A stretch of DNA of 64,000 nucleotides from the human T2T-CHM13v2.0 reference genome, Homo sapiens. The stretch is from assembly GCF_009914755.1 (NCBI RefSeq), contig NC_060926.1; one strand, written 5' to 3'. Positions 55,096-64,000 of the stretch are shown in pieces (positions within the stretch are counted from its first letter, which is position 1; every line of letters begins with the position of its first letter). Under the pieces are notes generated by a model. It was not told the origin of the DNA. It made no database searches and saw only the letters and a list, made by a program, of their open reading frames with translations. The position numbers were made by a program, and so were the translations under genes.

Positions 55096-55600
55096 TAATC
55101 ACAAATGTTCTTAATGTCATCTAGAATGAGGACTCCTGTCCAGAAGGTTTTCAATTGACTTTGTCCAGACCCATTGGAGGATCTCCATTTTGCCGATATG
55201 GAGAAAATTTTAATGGTTGGTCTTGTCCCTTTAGCCTTACAAAATGTGTATCTTAAATAATAGCCTTACAAAATGTACATCTTGGATAATGAGACAAAGT
55301 TAAAATTACTCCTTGACCCATAGGCTAAAGAATGAATGTTGTGTTAGCCAGCATGAAAATGACATTAATATTTTTGTACATTTATTGTACATATATTGTT
55401 GGAGCTCTTGGGTAAGCAGATACATTGTCAATGAGCAGTAATATTTTGAAAGAAATTTTTTTCTAAGAAATAGGTCTAAACAGTAGGATTAAAATGTCCA
55501 TGCTATAAAGAGATGTATAATAATCCAGGCTTTGTTGTTCCATTGATAGAGCACAGGCAAAGTAGAGTTAGCGTAATTTTTAAGAGCCCTAGAATTTTCA

Positions 55601-55920
<320 letters not shown>

Positions 55921-55944
55921 GATAGAGAAAAAAAGAGAGAGAGA

Positions 55945-56240
55945 GGCTGGGCATGGTGGCTCATGCCTGTAATCCCAGCACTTTGGGAGGCCGAGGCGGG
56001 CAGATCACGAGGTCAGGAGATCAAGACCATCCTGGCTAACACAGCAAAACCCCACCTCTACTAAAATACAAAAAAAAGTTAGTCGGGCATGGTGGTGGGC
56101 GCCTGTAGTCCCAGCTACTCGGGAGACTGGGACAGGAGAATGGCGTGAACCCAGGAGGAGCTTGCAGTGAGCCGCATTTGCAGATCGCGCCACTGCACTC
56201 CAGCCTGGGTGACAGAGCAAGACTCCATCTCAAAAAAAAA
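55945..56240 (+). mobile_element. AluY-like, inserted in the tail of the preceding Alu
   Basis: GACCATCCTGGCTAACAC; GAATGGCGTGAACCC. Confidence 0.92.
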
Positions 56241-56275
56241 GAGAGAAAGAGAGAGAGAAAGAAAGAAAGGGAGAG

Positions 56276-56306
<31 letters not shown>

Positions 56307-56387
56307 GAGAAAAAAGAGAGAGAGAGAAAGAAACAGAAAGAAAGAAAGAGAAAGAAAAGAAAGGAAGGAAAAGAAAGAGAAAGAAAG
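56232..56387 (+). repeat. GA/GAAA-rich purine tract
   Basis: (GA)n/(GAAA)n mosaic following the Alu. Confidence 0.95.
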
Positions 56388-56907
56388 CATTGGATAGAAG
56401 GCTGTTTCATCTATATTGAAAAATCTGTTTTGTGTAGCTACCTTCATCAATGATCTTAGCTAGATCTTCTGGATAACTTGCTGCAGCTTCTATAACAGCA
56501 CTTGCTCCCCCGCCTTGCACTTCCATGTTATGGGAGTCAGCTTCTTTCCTCATGAATCAACTTCTGCTAGCTTCCAACTTTTCTTCGCAGCTTCCTCACC
56601 ACTCATCCTTCACAGAATTGAGGAGAGTTAGGGCCTTTCTCTGGATCAGGAGAGGGTTTGGAGAGGGTACTCCACCACGGGAATCCTCACCACTTGCTGC
56701 ATGTAGAAAGACAGGTCAACTCACCCTTTCTGAAACTAAAATCTCTCCGATGTTTTCAACTCAGAATAATCAATATAACTATTAGGCATATTTTGGGATG
56801 GCACATTCTTCACTTCTTTGCCACCTTGCATGTGTGTATACACACATACATATACCCAATAAGCAGACAAAAGAGAAAAAAACAGAATCATTAAAAAGAA
56901 AATATTC

Positions 56908-57619
<712 letters not shown>

Positions 57620-58744
57620 TCAAAAAGGAGGCAGAAAAGGACAAAAAAGAGAAAACTGAGGGACAAGTACAAAATAAATAGCAAGGTAATCGGTTTAAAA
57701 CCAACCAATTTACTAATCATATTATAGGAAACAGTCTAAGCACTGTAGTTGAAAGGCAGAGATTATTCAATTGGATAAAAAACAAACGAGACCAACTGTA
57801 TGCTATATACAAGAAATGTACTTTAACTATAAAGACACTGATAGGTTAGCAGTTAAAAAGATGAGTAAAGATAGACCATGCTAACACTAATCAAAAAAAA
57901 AAAAAGCCAAAGCAGCTATATTAATATTGGCCTAAGTAGATTTCAAAGCAAAGAATATTACAAAGATAAAAGAAGGTCATTTTATAATAATAAGTTCAAT
58001 TTCTCACAAAGGGTAAGAATTCCAAAGGTTTAAGTACCAAGTAACAGATCTTCAAAATCCATGAGACAAAAACTGATAAAAATACAAAAAGAAATAGGCA
58101 AATCCACAATTTTGGTTAGAGATTTTATCATCTCTCACATTCTTTTGGAGGGCACATAGAGCATGTATAAAGATCAACCATTTTCAGGGCCATAAAACAA
58201 GTCTCAATAAATGTAAAGGTTTTAAATCTTATGATGTATGTTCTCTGATAATAGTAAAACTTAATTAGAAATCAATAATGAAATATGCCTGGAAAATCCC
58301 CGCATATTTGGAAACTTAATAACACACTTCTGGAGACACAACTGGTCAAAGAAGAAATCAAAAGCAAATTTAGAAAGTTATTTGGAGCTAAATGAAAATG
58401 AAAGCAAAACATATTAACATTTGTGAAATACAGCAAAAGCAATACTTGGAGGGATATATAGTTCATAATGTATATATTAGGAAAGAAATATTCTGAAATC
58501 AACAACCCCTTCTATCTTTGGAACAAAATTAACCCACAGTAAGCAGAAAAAAAGGAAATAATAAAAATAAAGACAAAAATCAAAACAAAAAATAATGAAG
58601 AAAATTTATGAAACCAAAAACTTTTTAGAGATTAGTAAACCTATATCCAGACTGATCAGAAAAAAAGAGCATGAAAACACAAATTACCAATATCAAAATG
58701 AGGGAACATCACTACGAATTCTGCATGTATTAAAAGGAAAAATA

Positions 58745-59071
<327 letters not shown>

Positions 59072-59250
59072 TTATTGAAGTCAGACCACCAAAGCTGATG
59101 TAAGTATAAGAAGATAAAGAACTATTTAAATTATCTATTAAAGAAATTAAATTTGTAATTTTAAAACTTTTCATAAAATATAGTAACTCCAGGTCAGATA
59201 GCTTCATTGGGGAATTCTATCAAACATATAAGGAAGAGATAATACCAATG

Positions 59251-59671
59251 TGATATGGTTTAGATGTTTGTCCCCTCCAAATCTCATGTTGAAATCTAAT
59301 CGCCAGTGTTGATGCTGGGGCCTGATGGGAGGTGTTTGGATCATGGGGGCAGATCCTTCATGAATAGCTTGGTGCTGTCCTAGTGATCATGAGTAAGTTC
59401 TTGCTCAGTTAGTTCATATTGGATCTAATTGGTTTAAAAGACTGTGGCACCTCCCCACTTTCCCTCTGCTCCCGCTCTCACCACGAGGCACGCCTACTCC
59501 CCCTTTGCCTTCTGCCATGATCGTAAGCTTCCTGAGGCCTCACCAGGAGCAGATGTCAGCACCACACTTCCTGCATAGCCTGCAGAACTGTGTGTCAATG
59601 AAATCTCTTTTCTTTATAAATTACCCCGTCTCAGGTATTCCTTTAGAGTAATGCAAAAACAGACTAACACA
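59251..59671 (+). mobile_element. MaLR MSTB-like LTR
   Basis: TGATATGGTTTAGATGTTTGTCCCCTCCAAATCTCATG...AGACTAACACA; near-TSD CAATG/CAATT. Confidence 0.9.
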
Positions 59672-60770
59672 CAATTCTACACAAACTCAGAAAATTTAAA
59701 GAGAAATACTTCCCAATTCATTCTATGAGGCCAGCTTTACTCTGATTCCAAAACCAGACAGAAACTTTACAATAAAAGAAAGCTACAGACCAACATTCCT
59801 CATAAATACAGATGTATAAATTCTTAAGAAGTATGTAATATAAGATTGGTTTAACGTTCAAAAAATCAATATAATTAACTACATTAACCAGTTTAAAAAG
59901 GAAAACCATATGATCATCCCAAAAGAGGCATAAAAAAGCATTTGACAAAATCCAACATCCATTAAAAAAAAAAAACCTTAAAAAAAAAAAACCTCTCAGC
60001 AAACTGAAAATAGAAGGGAATTTCTTCAGCCCAATAATGGATTTCTATGAAAAAATCTGTAGCTAACATCCTAATAAAGATTAGGAACAAGAATTTCCAC
60101 CATGAAAATCCTTCTTTCAGCACTGTAGTGACAGTTTCATCCAGGACTATAAGCAAATATGTATACAACATACATACATACATAAATGGCATTCAGATTG
60201 GAAAGAAGGCAGTGAGCATTTGTTTGCAGATAATATACTTACCTATGAAGAAAAGCCTACAAAATTTACCAAAAGCCACTGGAACTAGTAAATGAGTTTG
60301 GCAGGGCTGCAGCATACAAGATCAGTGTATAAAGAGCAATCGCATGCCTATATACTAGCAGCAAACAATCACATTAATATTTTAAAATATCTTTTACAAT
60401 AGCACAAAAATAGATCTGTACGCCAAAAAAAAAAACTGCAAAATGATTCTGGTTCCTGTGTTTTTGCTAGATTTCTATACTGCCCACAATTTCTTTCCCA
60501 TACTTCTTGGCTGTATCTGTTATCTCATGGGAAACTGGAAAGATTGTCATCCAGGCCTCCAAAGAGCCATTCTCACCTGACCAGCACCCTCATGATGGAC
60601 TGAATTAAACTGCTCTGGAAATAGTTTCAATTAACACGAGGTATAAATATTTTGGGGCATCACAGGCAGGAATATCATCCCCTTGGTTTCCTATTTCTAA
60701 GGAAAAATATATTTACCAGCCATAAAGTGAATTGGGACATTATTCTAGTTCCACAACAAGAAAAGGAATA

Positions 60771-61319
60771 TTTTTTATTTTTAAATGACACCTAATAATT
60801 GCACATATTTTTGTGGTACTGAGTGATATTTTCATACATGTATACAATATATAATGATCAAATCAGGGTAATCAGCATATTCATCGCCTCAAGTATTTAT
60901 CATTTCTTTATGTTGGGCCAAGATACAGAATCAACCTAAGTGTCCATCAACAGGTGAATGGGGCTGGGCATGATAGCTCACAATTTCAGCCCTTATGGGA
61001 AGCCAAGGAGGGAGGATCACTTGAGTCCAGGAGTTCAAGACCAATCTGGGCAACATAGTGAGACCACATCTCTACAAAAAAAAAAAAAAAATTTTTTTAA
61101 TTAGCCAAGCAAGGTAGCACACACCTGTAGTCCTAGCCACTTGGGAGGCTGAAACGGGAAGATCACTTGGGCCCAAGAGTTTGAGGCTACAGTGAGCTAT
61201 AATCATGCCACTGTACTCCAGCTTGGGTGACAGAGCAAGACCCTGTCTCAAAAAAAAAAAAAAAAAAAAAGATGAATAAAGAAAAGATAATGTATGTATA
61301 CACAAAGGGATGGAATATT
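60771..61319 (-). mobile_element. L1MA-type 3' end with inverted segment (60918-61319 in + orientation)
   Basis: T-rich start and reverse L1 terminus to 60917, then forward CCAAGATACAGAATCAACCTAAGTGTCCATCAAC; GGAATATT at both ends. Confidence 0.75.
60962..61270 (+). mobile_element. AluJo-like
   Basis: GAGTTTGAGGCTACAGTGAGCTATAATC; long A tail. Confidence 0.93.
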
Positions 61320-61416
61320 GATTTAATTTTCCAAACCTGGGATCAAAGAAGGAATATTTGAAATACTGTACACAGCTCTTTTCAAATTCTGTTTTATTTA
61401 AAAGAAGATGTATTGC

Positions 61417-61645
61417 GGCCGGGTGTGGTGGCACACGCCTGTAATCCTAGCACTTTGGGAGATCGAGGCAGGCCGATCACTTGAGGTCAGGAGTTTGAGA
61501 CCAGTCTGGCCAACATGGTGAAATACAAAAACACTAAAAATACAAAAACTACCCAGAAATCCCTTGAACCCAGGAGGCAGAGGTTGCAGTAAGCCGAGAT
61601 CATGCCACTGCATTCCAGCCTGGGCAACAGAGCGAGACTCCGTAT

Positions 61646-61677
<32 letters not shown>
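61417..61677 (+). mobile_element. AluS with deletion of the start of the right arm
   Basis: Left arm and linker, then a jump to CTTGAACCCAGGAGG; long A tail. Confidence 0.92.
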
Positions 61678-61679
<2 letters not shown>

Positions 61680-63222
61680 TGTTTTGGGAAGAAAACATTT
61701 ATACAATTTTGGAATTCCACACTTGCAGAGCTTTTCGTGTAACTAGGACACAGTTCCAATGTCTGGAGGCTCCAGACCTGGATGGAATTGTTGTTAATGC
61801 TCCTTTGAGATTGGCCTCCTGCAAGTTTTCTCTCAGATGTATTGTCATCAGCTGCATTTACTTTAACAGACATAAAGCAGGAAAATATTTCAGAAAAATA
61901 TTGTAAATGCATTATTAATCAATAGTGACCAGAGGTTTTTCTCCTAGCAAATTATCATAAAGCTTTCTGAGGCAGATTGAAAAGCCACTGGTGAGCAGCC
62001 TTATTTATTTCTGCCTATAGATATTTTGTGATCAATTATAATAACATTACATCCCTCATTTCTGCTACAATATATTCAATTACATAGTTAACATTTCCTG
62101 CTAACCTTTTCAAATACAGGAAAGCGAATTCCACCTACCTGATTGGTATGTTTCTCTAATGCATATGTTATTCTCATTATCCTTAATTCAAGTGGACATT
62201 TGCTTTCTTTGGTTACATAGCTGGGTAACCAGTTATTTACCTGATCTGTAGATGCATTTAAACTCCTATGTCTCAGGGGATTGATTCATACATATTGTTG
62301 TCATTATACTTTCTCTTAACAATTTATCTCTCCCAACAGTCTCATAAAACAGGTTGGTATAACTTTACCCCCTTTTATAGGAACCCAGAGACATTACTAC
62401 TATATTTTGGGGCGAATTTGTGCCAGCCAGCCAGAAATGTTGTCTTAGAGCCCATGCGGTTCCAATCTATCACATATCCCAGACATACCCCACCTCCCAG
62501 GAGAGGCACAATTTGGGGGACTGTTATAGCAAAGAGTTAAGAAAGAAGAAACCATTTTGAAAAACATTTATAATACAGGTCATTAATAATTAGCAGTACT
62601 AAGTAATTGTAATACCATGGGGCACACAGGACCTTCTCCAAATATATTTTTCTGTCATAATTAAGATGTATGAATCACAGAGGTAGGAAAAATGTAAAGA
62701 ACATAAACTATTCCATATAAGGTTCGTATTTCTAGGAATGTTCTGCTTTGTTTGGCATAAGCAATGGACTTGAAGGCAGAAGCATAGCTGGAAATGCAAA
62801 ATGTGCATCTGTGCTTAATTAAGAACATTTTGAGGACTGCATATTAAGCAATGTGATTTTAAGGCTCAATCATTATAAAATGACCAAAAGCTAAGTGAAG
62901 AGTAAGTCAGTCAGCCGGTTGTTTTGTCTATAGACTCTAATTTTTGTTCTCACTTAATTGATTTTTTTTGTCTAAACAGGCCAATAGTATTAATTCTATT
63001 TAATACATACTTATCCTAAGAAATAAGTTTTCAAAACCACAGGTGTCATGAAATCCACTTTAATTTGGTTTATGAAAATTAGAAAAGTAGACCAACTCTA
63101 TGTAAAATTATCTTAAGTGTTTTCAGGCCTAGTCAATTCTCTCCATCCAATTAATTTCTGCCTCCATTCATTTTTCTGAGAAAAATGAAGTATTTGATGG
63201 TCTTTTTATAAGGTTCCTGCTA

Positions 63223-63255
63223 TAGGTTGGTGCAAAAGTCATTGCCGTTTGGGAC
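63223..63255 (+). mobile_element. MADE1/Hsmar1 single TIR
   Basis: TAGGTTGGTGCAAAAGTCATTGCCGTTT resembles TTAGGTTGGTGCAAAAGTAATTGCGGTTT. Confidence 0.75.
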
Positions 63256-63817
63256 TTTTTTTAAAAAAATACCTCAAATCAGTTCCTAAAGATAATAAAA
63301 GGACTGTGCAAAGGCCTGAAGGCACCAGGGATTTGCTGTTCATAGGGCCCCCAAGCAACCATCTGAGCACAATCACACCAGGAGCCCAAGCCAAATTCTC
63401 TACTGCCCAAAGCAGAGATTTTGGCCCAAACCACTGTTACGACAGACTTCCACAAAGCCCATCAAGATCTTTAATATTCATCTACAACAGGCGTAGCTGC
63501 GGCCAAGGCTAGAGTTTAAGGCTGGGTCTAGAACATAGTTACATGAAACAACTCTGTACAACTGAAGTTTACCCGAAGAAGTTTCAGTTAGTTCAAAGTG
63601 CAGTCAGCCATTTTTGGACAACTAGGTTGAACTATATCTATAAATTTAAATATATTTATATATAAATACCTTATAAAATATAAAAATAAAAATAACTTGA
63701 GGTTTAGCATTTGTTTACCTATTAGAGAACAACAAATTCTACTGATAGAGACACAGAGACAGAGAGAAAACAGAGATCTTATAGCAGAAATTCTCTGTCC
63801 CTAAGAATGGTATATAT

Positions 63818-64000
63818 ATTTTTTTATTTTTAATGAAATATATAGTCAGAAAAAATGCATCCAGGGTACAGTTTGATGAATTTTTGCAAGCTAGACACAC
63901 CTGTTTAGCTGATAGATCCAGAAAGAGAAAATGTTAGCTCCCCAACAGCCCCGCAGGCTCACGGCCCTCACTTCCCTGCCCTGCACCTGCCTCCCTGAAT
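63818..64000 (-). mobile_element. Old L1M 3' end
   Basis: T-run then GTACAGTTTGATGAATTTTTGCAAG...ACACACCTGT. Confidence 0.6.

Noticed and set aside
61487-61912. 141-aa minus ORF with a protein-like stretch (NAADDNTSERKLAGGQSQRS) after an acceptor-like site
   Set aside because: Runs into poly-T and Alu, has no convincing donor, and resembles no protein I know.
63635-63670. AT-only palindrome TATTTATATATAAATA (similar ones near 25205 and 35410)
   Set aside because: Expected in (TA)-rich low-complexity sequence.

Overview
Primate (most likely human/hominoid) AT-rich, CpG-poor non-coding genomic DNA. Roughly two thirds is recognisable interspersed repeat: 18 Alu elements or monomers, L1 fragments of many ages, two HAL1 copies, MIR/L2, MaLR and ERV1 solo LTRs, Tigger1 and hAT MERs. 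I found no credible intact protein-coding gene, RNA gene, CpG island or prokaryote-type system. The listed ORFs are Alu, L1, Tigger or microsatellite read-through, or short chance frames. I do not see a demonstrably new biological system. Best leads: (i) a 2.2 kb pair of ERV1 LTRs at 35.5-37.7 kb, where a MER4-type LTR carries three perfect AP-1 sites at exact 14-bp spacing and an adjacent MER41 LTR keeps tandem GAS/STAT motifs; (ii) a probable L1 3' transduction inside that MER4 LTR; (iii) two L1 elements with inversion (twin-priming-like) architecture; (iv) a ~430-bp almost pure-purine GAAA/GGAA tract grown inside an Alu's target-site duplication (TSD); (v) several minus-strand exon-like segments, including a 27-nt microexon candidate, plus a strong + orientation bias of retroelements that together hint at a minus-strand host transcript. 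Repeat subfamily names come from recalled consensus features, not database searches. Boundaries of old repeats are approximate.
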